Assembly: GCA_016861265.1 (NCBI GenBank)
Contig: BOLA01000001.1
Coordinates: 331,569 to 395,568, forward strand
Direction of reading: 5' to 3'
From: Patescibacteria group bacterium
Lineage (GTDB): Bacteria > Patescibacteriota > Dojkabacteria > J137
Length of the DNA stretch: 64,000 bases
The notes under the pieces were generated by a model. It ran no database searches and was not told the DNA's origin. It saw only the letters and a list, made by a program, of their open reading frames with translations. The position numbers were made by a program, and so were the translations under genes. Positions 55,306 through 64,000 of the stretch are shown one piece after another. Every line of letters begins with the position of its first letter. Within the stretch, counting starts at the first letter, position 1.

Positions 55306-58188
55306 TTAATTATCTATATAACCTATTTCTCTAATCGAATACTTATTGTAGTTAAGGTCATTCTTAAATATTTCTCTATATCTTGGATCAAAGTAAAATA
55401 ATTGAGCGGGCTGAGATTGATTCGAATTCAAATTTAGATCTCTTTGTAATACAACATTTTCTGAAACAACAGAACCTTTAATTGCTAGTCCATCGTTCTT
55501 TAGACCGTTTCCTGCAACGTCTTTCTTTGTTATAAATTGACCGTCAGTAAATAATGCAGACTCAATTAAATCGTAATTTGCTAATTGTGAATTATCTATA
55601 GAAACGTTCGAAGTTGCGGATGCTCCATTATCAATCAAGATATCACCTGGTGTAACAAATATACATCCATTAGTATTACCACTTACTTTAAAGTCTGGAT
55701 TAAATTTAAGAGTCGTATTTTTGTATGTACCGTCTAGTGGACTTTGAACATTACCTACTACAAAGAATATTGTTTGAGTATCACAAACTGCTGTAGAGTT
55801 AACTGTTAAATTACCATTTATTAATGCATGAGCCTTTGTGCCTGCTCCTATACCCAAGAATGCCGATGTATTTCCATTCAATACTTGAGTAGTTTGATAA
55901 TTTACAAAACTAGCCACTGCGTTTTTCTTAACTGTGTCCAATAAGTAGTCGTACCACTTAGAAAATCCCGAATCTAATGGTGGTTTAATCGTTAAGTCCT
56001 CGTAGTTTTTAATATATTGTTGTGTCTTTGATTGCTTTCTTATTGGGAGGTCTGGTGTTCCACTTATAGCACCATATGTAGATAAGAATACTGATTGTCT
56101 ATCTATTAGTATTGAGTTACCTGATCGGTCTTTTAGAACATCAGGCAGTTCATTTAAAGTCACCGGAAGAGACAAATCTATTACACCTTTGCCTGCGGAC
56201 AGATCTCCGTTATAACTCAATACCCACGGCTTTTGTATAGTAGCAGACGTACTTACGACACTCTGATTACAAGCAGCATCTCTAGCATAGGCATAGAACT
56301 GATAATTTGTTTGTTTACTAGTATCGCTATCTGTATATGTTCTTGTCGTTAAGTTACCTTCATTTATATTTCCATTTTGATTATTTATATCAACATACCT
56401 TATTGTTCCAGTTGTAAAATTTGAGGAATCTGGCAAATTACCATTATTAAAGTTAATGTCACCGGTAGAATCATTTAATGAAGATTCAGTATTGTCTCTA
56501 GTTATAAAAGATTTTAAATTTAAACCATTTGGCTCTATAAAGCTCCAATTTACTTGGAATTTACCGTCGGCCGTATATTTAACATTTGTAAATGCGCTTG
56601 TAGCGGCCACCGGAGATAGATCTACACCCCAGTTTGTTCTACTTGCACTAGCATTAGTTCTTTTATATGCATATGGCTGTCCTGGTGATGCAAACGATGT
56701 CTTTAGATTTCCTAGAGGATCTGTTATTAATGCAGCTACATAGAAGGCATATTTACCATAGTACATTGAGTCAATTCTAATTCTAAAATTACTTGATAGG
56801 TTATTGCCTGATACAGAAGCAATAGAGTTAGTTCGGAATTCTTTTAAGGTTGCACCATAACCAGATATATCTCCCGAAGAAGTAATGGATTTCCATACTC
56901 CACCATCGTAAGCCCTTGCTTCTACGGCATTACCGAAACTATCTAAAATTAGCTTGAATGCCGCTCCTTTTGAGAGTCTTACTTTATCTAATATTCCTGA
57001 ATATTCTGCCACATCTTGAATTTCCATATACTTACATACATTATCATCTATTGTAGATGCTGTATTTCCTGTGAATTGCTTACAATCGTAGTTGAATGCA
57101 GTATTATCTGGAACCATAGCAATCCAAACTTCCTTGTAAATATTTCCTGCAGCGGTGGAGAAGTTTACAGAATAATCAACTGGATTAGAGACCAATGGAG
57201 ACCCGGAAACACCGGAGAATCCATTAGAACAAACATCCGCTTTTACACCCGCACTAACTACATTAACGGTATCGTTAATTACTGTAAATCTATTTACTGA
57301 ACTCAATACTTTAATTCCACTTCCATTGTCTTTCGATATTCGCCAACAATATGTTACACCCTTTGTTAATCCGGTAAATTGGTTTACACTACCCCAGCTC
57401 TGATAAGCCCCCGAACAATTCGGACTTAATTGAACATCGTAAGTATTATTATTAGAAGGACAGGCTGTACCCCAGCCATTCAATGCATAAGTTATTGCAA
57501 CAGAATTATTTGTCCCGAGATTAACTTGAGAATTATTAGCGGGAGTACTTAATGTTGCAGCTACTGGATCGCTTGGTGTACAAGCAATAAGAGAACATGC
57601 ATAGGCAAGATCTGCTACAGTAGGATTATTTCCATTATATAAGGCATAAGAATTATACTGGTCTCTAGCTACGCATTTATGAGTTTCAATACCGGGAGCT
57701 CCCCCAGGTACACAATAAGTCGTGTCGTCTTGAAAAGGTTTAGAAGTTCTACAGTTAGGACCTACAATATATCGACATGTTGATTTACCATCTCCACATA
57801 GTCCCACACTTGCATTGCATGTTTGTCCACAGGTTCTACCCGCAGAACAATCACAATTAGCACCGGGGACGGTCATGCCTATAGGACAAAATGCATTTGC
57901 ACATTCCTTTAACCCATCTCCATTTTCATCTCTACAAACCGCAACTCCACCATTCATGGCTCCTAAACAATCAGCTGTGGTGTTACATATTCCGTTATCG
58001 CACTCTTTTTTTCCATCACCATTCATATCAATACACTTTCCACCATCATCACAATCAGAATTAGAATTACATCTACCATACGCACACCTTCTGTAGTAAT
58101 AAGCATCAACATGACTAACAGACGTAATGGCTTCCGAGAATAAAAATAAAGAGATTATTACTAAGAATATTTTAAGTTTATTGGACAT
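55306..58188 (-). CDS. Large secreted protein (960 aa) with an N-terminal Cys-rich, Asp/Gly-rich (calcium-binding-like) region, a paralogue of 51847..54600.
   Basis: It has a signal peptide and repeats of the form NGDGxKEC (CIDMNGDGKKECDNGIC, CRDENGDGLKECANAFC). The C-terminal homology is noted under the 917-aa paralogue. Confidence 0.7.
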   Translation of the reverse strand: MSNKLKIFLVIISLFLFSEAITSVSHVDAYYYRRCAYGRCNSNSDCDDGGKCIDMNGDGKKECDNGICNTTADCLGAMNGGVAVCRDENGDGLKECANAFCPIGMTVPGANCDCSAGRTCGQTCNASVGLCGDGKSTCRYIVGPNCRTSKPFQDDTTYCVPGGAPGIETHKCVARDQYNSYALYNGNNPTVADLAYACSLIACTPSDPVAATLSTPANNSQVNLGTNNSVAITYALNGWGTACPSNNNTYDVQLSPNCSGAYQSWGSVNQFTGLTKGVTYCWRISKDNGSGIKVLSSVNRFTVINDTVNVVSAGVKADVCSNGFSGVSGSPLVSNPVDYSVNFSTAAGNIYKEVWIAMVPDNTAFNYDCKQFTGNTASTIDDNVCKYMEIQDVAEYSGILDKVRLSKGAAFKLILDSFGNAVEARAYDGGVWKSITSSGDISGYGATLKEFRTNSIASVSGNNLSSNFRIRIDSMYYGKYAFYVAALITDPLGNLKTSFASPGQPYAYKRTNASASRTNWGVDLSPVAATSAFTNVKYTADGKFQVNWSFIEPNGLNLKSFITRDNTESSLNDSTGDINFNNGNLPDSSNFTTGTIRYVDINNQNGNINEGNLTTRTYTDSDTSKQTNYQFYAYARDAACNQSVVSTSATIQKPWVLSYNGDLSAGKGVIDLSLPVTLNELPDVLKDRSGNSILIDRQSVFLSTYGAISGTPDLPIRKQSKTQQYIKNYEDLTIKPPLDSGFSKWYDYLLDTVKKNAVASFVNYQTTQVLNGNTSAFLGIGAGTKAHALINGNLTVNSTAVCDTQTIFFVVGNVQSPLDGTYKNTTLKFNPDFKVSGNTNGCIFVTPGDILIDNGASATSNVSIDNSQLANYDLIESALFTDGQFITKKDVAGNGLKNDGLAIKGSVVSENVVLQRDLNLNSNQSQPAQLFYFDPRYREIFKNDLNYNKYSIREIGYIDN

Positions 58189-58603
58189 GTTCTAAATTTA
58201 ATTGATCATTAATATATGAATTAACACAGGAAAATAATATATTTCCCGACTTTAAATCTTTTGAATTTGCTGGAATGGAAACCCTTATATATTCACAGTC
58301 TGAATTAGGAAACATTAATCCTTCGTATACAGACCAATTAGTCAAAAATTTATCTAAGTGTGTATCTTTAGAAAATTCGGCTGTCCCCACACCTACTTTC
58401 TCTATAATAAAACTATTTAAAGTTTGTTTAAATCTAAAATTACTCCTTTTTAGATAATAATTTACATAATTGTTCCCTTCTGCTTCAAAAAACTGGATAT
58501 TAGATGATGTAGCAATTTTAGGCGTAACATATATAGCCAAGTACGCAAAAGCCAGAATACTTAGTAGAGAAAAGATTATTGTAAAGGTTTTAATTGGGTT
58601 CAT
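58178..58603 (-). CDS. Small membrane-anchored protein (141 aa).
   Basis: It has an N-terminal transmembrane helix. It overlaps the downstream gene by 11 nt. Confidence 0.5.
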   Translation of the reverse strand: MNPIKTFTIIFSLLSILAFAYLAIYVTPKIATSSNIQFFEAEGNNYVNYYLKRSNFRFKQTLNSFIIEKVGVGTAEFSKDTHLDKFLTNWSVYEGLMFPNSDCEYIRVSIPANSKDLKSGNILFSCVNSYINDQLNLEHVQ

Positions 58604-59048
58604 TTATAGATAAAGAAATTACTTTATAACTATTAGTATTAACATCTCTAAAAACTTTGAATGTATATTCTGTCCTCCACTCAGAAATTGCCTTAATACT
58701 TTCTGCCCTGTCTAATAATTTATGCTCTGGAATCCCATTAGCTAAGCTTACTGAGTATATTGATTTACCTACAATATCTTCTGGTATGTCTATTGAATTA
58801 AAATCATTATTTGAATCCGTAAACTGTATTCTTGCAAATCTTACGCCATCACTATAAAAATCGTATAGCTCACCTACTTTTGTGAATTCTTCATAAGAAG
58901 ATACTGAGGCCAAGTTTGGATTATTAGTCGAAAGCCAAAGATTTGATGTTTCAAATTCTGAGCCGAAGTAATTATTCCTAGAATTAAAATAGACAATGGA
59001 GCCTACAGTCAATAAGAATACGACAATTGAAGCAATCAGGAATCTCAT
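58590..59048 (-). CDS. Small membrane-anchored protein (152 aa), the first gene of the operon.
   Basis: It has an N-terminal transmembrane helix. It overlaps the downstream gene by 14 nt. Confidence 0.5.
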   Translation of the reverse strand: MRFLIASIVVFLLTVGSIVYFNSRNNYFGSEFETSNLWLSTNNPNLASVSSYEEFTKVGELYDFYSDGVRFARIQFTDSNNDFNSIDIPEDIVGKSIYSVSLANGIPEHKLLDRAESIKAISEWRTEYTFKVFRDVNTNSYKVISLSINEPN

Positions 59049-59093
59049 AATTTGCTATAACTACTTTTAGTATATAGAAAGCTGAGAGGACAA

Positions 59094-59540
59094 TCAACTC
59101 AAGAAAGCATCTATCAAAAGTTGTTCAGAATCCTCGGAAGAAATTCCATGTGACTTTAAATAGTAAATTTGATTTGGATCTAGATAACCAATTGTTGCAC
59201 CGTGACCACCCTTTACCTCGGATTCATTTATTTCAAGTGAAGGAATAGCTCGGGCAAAAGCCTTATCGGAAACTACAAGACAGTCAATTTTCAAATATGT
59301 ATCGGTTGAAACTGCACCTTTTTCAATTTTCAAAAGTCCTTCAAAATCAAATCTTGAATAATCAAATAGAACTGCTTTAATATTGATTCTTGAATTAGTA
59401 CGGGGCTTTTTATGTAGAAATGTTATTTTCGAATTTATTTGAGATTCATTTCTGCCTATACATTTACCTATAATGTTACAGTTTTCAACTATTTCGATTG
59501 TCTGCTCCGGAATTGTAAAATCTATTTCAATTGTAGTCAT
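59094..59540 (-). CDS. Minimal SufB/SufD-domain protein (148 aa).
   Basis: The C-terminal roughly 100 aa (AVLFDYSRFDFEGLLKIEKGAVSTDTYLKIDCLVVSDKAFARAIPSLEINESEVKGGHGATIGYLDPNQIYYLKSHGISSEDSEQLLIDAFL) match the conserved C-terminal region of SufB/SufD. It overlaps rnhB by 14 nt. Confidence 0.6.
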   Translation of the reverse strand: MTTIEIDFTIPEQTIEIVENCNIIGKCIGRNESQINSKITFLHKKPRTNSRINIKAVLFDYSRFDFEGLLKIEKGAVSTDTYLKIDCLVVSDKAFARAIPSLEINESEVKGGHGATIGYLDPNQIYYLKSHGISSEDSEQLLIDAFLS

Positions 59541-60180
59541 TTAGTAAGGTTAATTGATTTGATATTGGTTTAAAGCTCCTTCGGTGAATCTGGCTAACAC
59601 CGAATTTATTCAGTGCGTTTAAATGCTCTGGAGTTGGGTACCCCTTATTTTTGTTAAATGCATATTGATTATAACTTGAATGCAGTTGTGTCATTAAATT
59701 ATCTCTATAGACCTTAGCAAGAATTGATGCAGCGGCAACAGAATAAAATGTGGAATCTGCCTTAATTCTCTTTACGCTATTGTCCCCAAAGGCAGCCTTA
59801 AACTGTCCATCTATTATAAATAAAGCTCTTTTGTTTTGTTCAGCTACATATTTATTAAATTCTTGTACTGCTGTAGTAATAAGATTTGTAATTGTTAGTC
59901 CAATTCCGAACTGATTAATTGATTCAAGCTCTCCCGTAAGCACCATGTATTTATTATTCTGTAGTAATCCACACAATTCCTCCCTTTTTTCCTTTTTTAC
60001 AAGTTTAGAGTCGTTTATACCATTAATAAGACTATGATTGTTAAGATCTAGTACAAATGCGCCTATACATACAGGACCTGCCCATGCACCTCTACCTACT
60101 TCATCGATACCAATTATTAGGTCAGTATTGAATTCTTTTAGTAATTCTATATCTTTTGAAAAATCCAACGGAGTTGTCAT
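59527..60180 (-). CDS. rnhB: Ribonuclease HII.
   Basis: The sequence GIDEVGRGAWAGPVCIGAFVL is the RNase HII active-site motif. The gene lies downstream of rplS, as is common. Confidence 0.85.
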   Translation of the reverse strand: MTTPLDFSKDIELLKEFNTDLIIGIDEVGRGAWAGPVCIGAFVLDLNNHSLINGINDSKLVKKEKREELCGLLQNNKYMVLTGELESINQFGIGLTITNLITTAVQEFNKYVAEQNKRALFIIDGQFKAAFGDNSVKRIKADSTFYSVAAASILAKVYRDNLMTQLHSSYNQYAFNKNKGYPTPEHLNALNKFGVSQIHRRSFKPISNQLTLLNDYN

Positions 60181-60218
60181 TAAGCTAAATGTAATATTTC
60201 CTACATTTTACCACCCAA

Positions 60219-60245
60219 ATAAAAAACCCCGCTTTCGCGGGGTTT
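60219..60245 (-). terminator. Rho-independent terminator between rplS and rnhB.
   Basis: The stem AACCCCGC/GCGGGGTT with a TTTC loop is followed on the minus strand by a run of T residues. Confidence 0.65.
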
Positions 60246-60261
60246 AAATTTTATAGGTTTA

Positions 60262-60684
60262 TTATTCTGCTGATGTTACTTCAGGAGTTGATTCTGTTTC
60301 TGTTTCAATTTGTCCTTCTTCTGGAACAAGAACAGTTCTTCCCTTTCTAATTCTCATAGACATCTTTCCTACTCTATCTCTCATGAAGAATAATTTAGAT
60401 CTTCTTACAGGTTCAGTTTTTAGAACCTTAATTTTTGCTACATTAGGAGAATAGAATGGTAATTTCTTTTCTACCCCTACTCCGTAGCTAATTTTTCTTA
60501 CTGTGAACATTGCTCCTGCACCGCTTCCGCTTAATGCAATTACTAATCCTCTAAACTTTTGAATTCTTTGCTTGCTACCTTCTCTAATAACTGTGTCTAC
60601 CTCTACAGTGTCACCAACTTTAACTGCTGGTACTTTCTTTTCTGTAATGTCCTTTTCTAATTTGCTTAGTACTTGTGTATTCAT
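60262..60684 (-). CDS. rplS: 50S ribosomal protein L19, with a C-terminal extension.
   Basis: The sequence (VGDTVEV..., FRGLVIA) matches L19. Confidence 0.8.
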   Translation of the reverse strand: MNTQVLSKLEKDITEKKVPAVKVGDTVEVDTVIREGSKQRIQKFRGLVIALSGSGAGAMFTVRKISYGVGVEKKLPFYSPNVAKIKVLKTEPVRRSKLFFMRDRVGKMSMRIRKGRTVLVPEEGQIETETESTPEVTSAE

Positions 60685-60752
60685 AATTTATTTATCCCTT
60701 TTAAAAGCTGTAAGATTATAACAGGAAAAAAAGCTGATGCAAAGCATAAAAC

Positions 60753-62150
60753 CTAGAAATTAAAGGTATATTGAGGTTGAATAACTTCGATAGTCTTATA
60801 ATCTATGCCTAAATCCACCTTCTGCCAATAATAATCTTCAGGATTAATACTTGCATAGGACATTGGATAAGAGTCTGGGTAAGAGGTTGGTGTTAGGTCT
60901 GTTTCTGGAATTTCTGGGTTAGCAATATACTTGTAAAGTGCATTCTGGTTAAAGAATTCTTCTGTAATAATATATAGATCTTGGAATGGGATTATTGCAT
61001 ATAAATCGCTACGCATATTCTTAATTCCGAAGCTCTCTTGGTCAGTGGTCATAGTATTTACTGACTCGATATCTTTAGTCTTTACATTCCACAATGTATT
61101 CCCGATTTGCTCCAGTGTACCGGTAATGTAGTACAGTTTATTACCCGATAACCACAACTTCTGTAAAACTTGTCCGTTATTTTTTGATACTAATACCTTT
61201 CTTTCTAATTCCCCTCTAGTAAACCTATATATTTCGCCCTTATCGTAGGTCTGATAAAGGCCGCTCTTACTTTCATTTGCCCAGTAAAAGTTATTGGAAT
61301 TGTTATTCTTTATTTTCTCACAAGCATAGCTATCTAGAACTTTGTCCCTTAATTGAAGGCTAAAGCATTCTCTATCTTGGTTTAAATAAATATAGCCGGA
61401 TGTAGTATCTATATTCCAAATCCTTGTTTTAGTGCTTAGAAAGTTAGTTTTATAGAGTTGATACTGTGTTCCTTTTAAATCAGTGGCCTGAATATAGATT
61501 GTATTATTCTCATCAAAGAATGAATAGTAAAAGGTTTTATCTTGAATAGAAAAGTGTGCATCAATAAATTGCTGATTTCTATCTAATCTTTTTAACAGTA
61601 TTGGCTTATTCCCTTCTGTGTTTAGATAAAGTTCAGATAAACTTATATTTGGAGAATTAATTGCATATAAATAGTTTTGTTCATTATAAAATCGGTATAT
61701 TTCTATTAAATTATTTATTTCTGCAACCTTATTGAATTTACCATCTTTCTGAAGATTGCCAATTACTGACAGTTCGTTAGTCTTTAATAAAAGCGTTCTT
61801 GATTCATCTGTTGGCATATCCTGATATTCGTTTTTTAGATTTCCTGTAAAGTCGTTAAGAATTGCTTGAGCCTCTGTTAGTTCTAAGCCATCCAGGCCAG
61901 TAGCATCGTTTGGATTAAGAATTTGACCTATAATGGAGGAATTATCGTATAGTGCTGGATTCTGGAGTAGAACCCCTCTAATTATTATTAATACAGCAAA
62001 GCACATAATTGCACTTACAACAATTAATATCAGTTTTCTGTTAAAATCTTTATTAATCTGCTGTTTTGGAGAAGGTTGAACCACAATATTAGAATCGTAA
62101 GTTGCAGTTTCTAAAGATTGATTAACTTTTTGTTCAAATTGTGGATTCAT
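60753..62150 (-). CDS. Membrane-anchored hypothetical protein (465 aa) with a beta-rich extracellular domain.
   Basis: An N-terminal transmembrane helix is present. I recognise no motif. Confidence 0.5.
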   Translation of the reverse strand: MNPQFEQKVNQSLETATYDSNIVVQPSPKQQINKDFNRKLILIVVSAIMCFAVLIIIRGVLLQNPALYDNSSIIGQILNPNDATGLDGLELTEAQAILNDFTGNLKNEYQDMPTDESRTLLLKTNELSVIGNLQKDGKFNKVAEINNLIEIYRFYNEQNYLYAINSPNISLSELYLNTEGNKPILLKRLDRNQQFIDAHFSIQDKTFYYSFFDENNTIYIQATDLKGTQYQLYKTNFLSTKTRIWNIDTTSGYIYLNQDRECFSLQLRDKVLDSYACEKIKNNNSNNFYWANESKSGLYQTYDKGEIYRFTRGELERKVLVSKNNGQVLQKLWLSGNKLYYITGTLEQIGNTLWNVKTKDIESVNTMTTDQESFGIKNMRSDLYAIIPFQDLYIITEEFFNQNALYKYIANPEIPETDLTPTSYPDSYPMSYASINPEDYYWQKVDLGIDYKTIEVIQPQYTFNF

Positions 62151-62234
62151 TTACTTAAAAACTTGTATTTAAAGGCTTTACACTTTATAATCATAGTTTG
62201 ATTAAGGAAGAATTTCAAATATTAATTTAATTTT

Positions 62235-62435
62235 ATGGCAAAGACACAAGGTCCAACATATAACCCTAGTAAAATAAAGCGAATCAGAAAGTATGGATTT
62301 AGAGCTAGACTTGCAACAAAAGGCGGCCTAAAAACACTAAAAAGAAGAAGAGCTAAGGGTAGACACGAACTTACCGCTTCTGCAGAATTTGGTACAAAAG
62401 TTCAAAAAAATAAGAAATTTTCTAGACGAAGATAA
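62235..62435 (+). CDS. rpmH: 50S ribosomal protein L34, with N- and C-terminal extensions (66 aa).
   Basis: The core [33 protein letters not shown] matches the L34 consensus. Confidence 0.75.
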   Translation: MAKTQGPTYNPSKIKRIRKYGFRARLATKGGLKTLKRRRAKGRHELTASAEFGTKVQKNKKFSRRR

Positions 62436-62460
62436 ATTTAGAATAATTACCTATAAAATT

Positions 62461-62484
62461 AAGCCGCGAAAGCGGCTTTTTTTA
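62461..62484 (+). terminator. Rho-independent terminator after rpmH.
   Basis: The stem AAGCCGC/GCGGCTT with a GAAA loop is followed by TTTTTTT. Confidence 0.7.
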
Positions 62485-64000
62485 GATAATTTTGTATAGT
62501 CCCTTGTCAATCATTAGCCTTTCTTTAAGAATCTGATTGCTTTCCTCTTGTAGTTTTTGTTGTTGCTCGGGATTTCCTTCACTAAGTTTTAATTCCCTAG
62601 AAAGAGTAATTCTTCGTTTGGAATGATATTTCTTTCGCAAATCACCAGCCTTCTTATTTAAGATTTCTACTAAATTAGGTATTTTATCCGAAAGATCGAG
62701 TCCATTCATTACTATTTCATCGTAAATATTCTGAAGATTTAATGGTACTTTTTCCTTGATTACATCGAATCCTTCCTCGGAATGTTCTCTTATTAATTTA
62801 AACAATATTTTTACGTCACTTAAGAAATTTTCCTCAGTAAATTTTAAATCTTGAAATTTATCGAATGCAATTAGTAACTCAAGCATATACTTTTCTTCGG
62901 GATTTACATCGGTAACTACCTCCGGAATGACCTCAATCTCCTGCTTCTCTTCCCTAATTGGTGAGTGACTCTTAGTTTTTTCAATTCTTGAATTTACAAA
63001 ATCTTCGGAAACCTCTAGTAGCGAAGCAATTAATTTTCGATAGTGATTAAAAAGAACTTCATCCTTTAGTAAGGATAAACATGGCAGAATCTTATATTCA
63101 AATGTAGACTTACCTTCTGCACTACCCATATCAAGTTCCTTTGTAAAATATTCGATAAGATAATCCATAGTCTGCTTTGCATTTTTAATTCTTTCCGGCC
63201 ATTTTTCCGGATCTTTCCTTATTAGTTCATCAGCATCTTGATACCCAGTTAAATCAATTACTTTATGTTTTAATTCAATCTCTTCGGCTATTCCCATACC
63301 ACGAATTAACGCCTTTAAACCTGCTTCGTCTGTATCAAAGCTAAAGTAAACAGTTTCAGCAAATCTTTTTATAAGTTTTGCCTGATTTACGGTAAATGCT
63401 GTGCCTAAAGGCGCTACTATATTACCAACTCCAACTCTATGCGACGACAAAATATCTATATTTCCCTCTACCAAAATCAAGAAATTATTTTCTTTTAAAA
63501 AATCTTTAGCTTGATAAAGCCCATAAAGCATTTCATTCTTTTTATAGACAGGAGTTTCGGGTGAATTTAAATACTTTGGCGCCTCTTTGACTGTTCCTAT
63601 ATACCTTCCACTAAAAGCTACAACCTCACCCTTTAGGTTAAAAATTGGCTGCATTACCCTATCTCTAAATTTATCTATTACCTGACCGTTTCTTTCCACT
63701 AACAACCCCCATCTGACAAGATCTGAAACTACAAAACCTTTGGCAACTAGAAATGATTTTAAATTTGTAGGTAGGTTTGGAGCAAAGCCAACCATAAAAT
63801 CTTTAATTCTTTCAATGTCAATTTCCCTTTTTTGCATTGCATAATCTAATCCTTTTTTGCCAGATTTATGCTGCATAATAATGTAGTTATAAAATTTTGC
63901 GGTTAGTAAATTCGCATTTAGTAACTGCTCTTTTTCTTTTCTTTCTTTTTGATCCCTTGGAGATATATTCTGCGTTAACTCCACACCAGCTTTTTCTGCC
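62482..64000 (-). CDS. dnaG: DNA primase DnaG, 5'-partial. The N-terminal zinc-binding domain lies beyond the window edge.
   Basis: The Toprim domain is present (EGNIDILSSHRVGVGNIVAPLGTAFT, YFSFDTDEAGLKA). The reading frame is open to position 64000. Confidence 0.8.
   Translation of the reverse strand, partial: AEKAGVELTQNISPRDQKERKEKEQLLNANLLTAKFYNYIIMQHKSGKKGLDYAMQKREIDIERIKDFMVGFAPNLPTNLKSFLVAKGFVVSDLVRWGLLVERNGQVIDKFRDRVMQPIFNLKGEVVAFSGRYIGTVKEAPKYLNSPETPVYKKNEMLYGLYQAKDFLKENNFLILVEGNIDILSSHRVGVGNIVAPLGTAFTVNQAKLIKRFAETVYFSFDTDEAGLKALIRGMGIAEEIELKHKVIDLTGYQDADELIRKDPEKWPERIKNAKQTMDYLIEYFTKELDMGSAEGKSTFEYKILPCLSLLKDEVLFNHYRKLIASLLEVSEDFVNSRIEKTKSHSPIREEKQEIEVIPEVVTDVNPEEKYMLELLIAFDKFQDLKFTEENFLSDVKILFKLIREHSEEGFDVIKEKVPLNLQNIYDEIVMNGLDLSDKIPNLVEILNKKAGDLRKKYHSKRRITLSRELKLSEGNPEQQQKLQEESNQILKERLMIDKGLYKII

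Noticed and set aside
51398-59048. Interpretation of the small membrane-anchored proteins as type IV minor pilins with a PilY1-like adhesin.
   Set aside because: The N-termini lack a class III signal. There is no Gly at -1 and no Glu at +5 after a short basic leader. One of them (KRFNYEIY...) only loosely resembles it.
1-64000. Alternative genetic code with TGA as a sense codon (code 4 or 25), as seen in some Candidate Phyla Radiation lineages.
   Set aside because: TGA terminates at least one well-delimited gene (20137). Conserved ribosomal, EF-Tu, EF-G and SecY genes have standard lengths ending in TAA or TAG. Trp is encoded by TGG throughout. Only one in-frame TGA was found, in the metzincin gene.
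1-64000. CRISPR arrays and cas genes.
   Set aside because: No regularly spaced direct repeats were seen in any intergenic region, and there are no Cas-like ORFs.

Overview
The window is an AT-rich bacterial chromosome segment of roughly 30-35% GC by eye, with several short stretches of around 50-55% GC. Most of its genes lie on the minus strand and most lack a clear Shine-Dalgarno sequence.

Several features suggest a small-genome lineage resembling the Candidate Phyla Radiation (Patescibacteria): an S10-spc ribosomal protein operon with no L30 gene, ribosomal proteins with terminal extensions, very large surface proteins, and a sortase-based cell-wall anchoring pair. This assignment is an inference from those features alone.

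Contents in order:
- 1-4.5 kb: a putative integrated element. It carries a HaeIII-like m5C methyltransferase with an adjacent putative restriction endonuclease, an unknown 281-aa gene, a small basic ORF, and a large serine recombinase whose 3' end overlaps the 3' end of tRNA-His.
- 4.6-13.4 kb: a mosaic accessory region. It holds tRNA-Arg and tRNA-Lys, a PAP2 phosphatase, a Cys-rich small protein, a 1250-aa NHL-repeat surface protein, a metzincin protease gene interrupted by a single in-frame TGA, and three compact GC-rich gene cassettes that carry Shine-Dalgarno sequences and look foreign.
- 13.5-19.7 kb: a 2079-aa surface protein. Its C-terminal membrane-anchoring module is shared with the 1250-aa protein.
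- 20-35 kb: a dNMP-kinase-like gene, map, secY, an inserted SRPBCC-like gene, the ribosomal proteins from L15 back to S10, and tuf. Several rho-independent terminators are present.
- 35.4-42.1 kb: a heterodimeric ABC exporter pair with a MarR regulator, a VanY-like carboxypeptidase, truB, an XRE regulator, and tRNA-Leu with a duplicated 5' fragment.
- 42.2-47.7 kb: an LAXTG-type surface protein with autotransporter-like beta-strand repeats, its adjacent sortase, and a DUF2207-like membrane protein.
- 47.7-51.3 kb: two hypothetical genes and an isolated fusA.
- 51.4-59.0 kb: a tightly coupled six-gene operon made of two paralogous secreted proteins of about 900 aa and four small membrane-anchored proteins.
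- 59.1-64 kb: a minimal SufB/SufD-domain protein coupled to rnhB, then rplS, an unknown membrane protein, an extended rpmH, and a 5'-partial dnaG.

No rRNA genes and no CRISPR arrays were seen.
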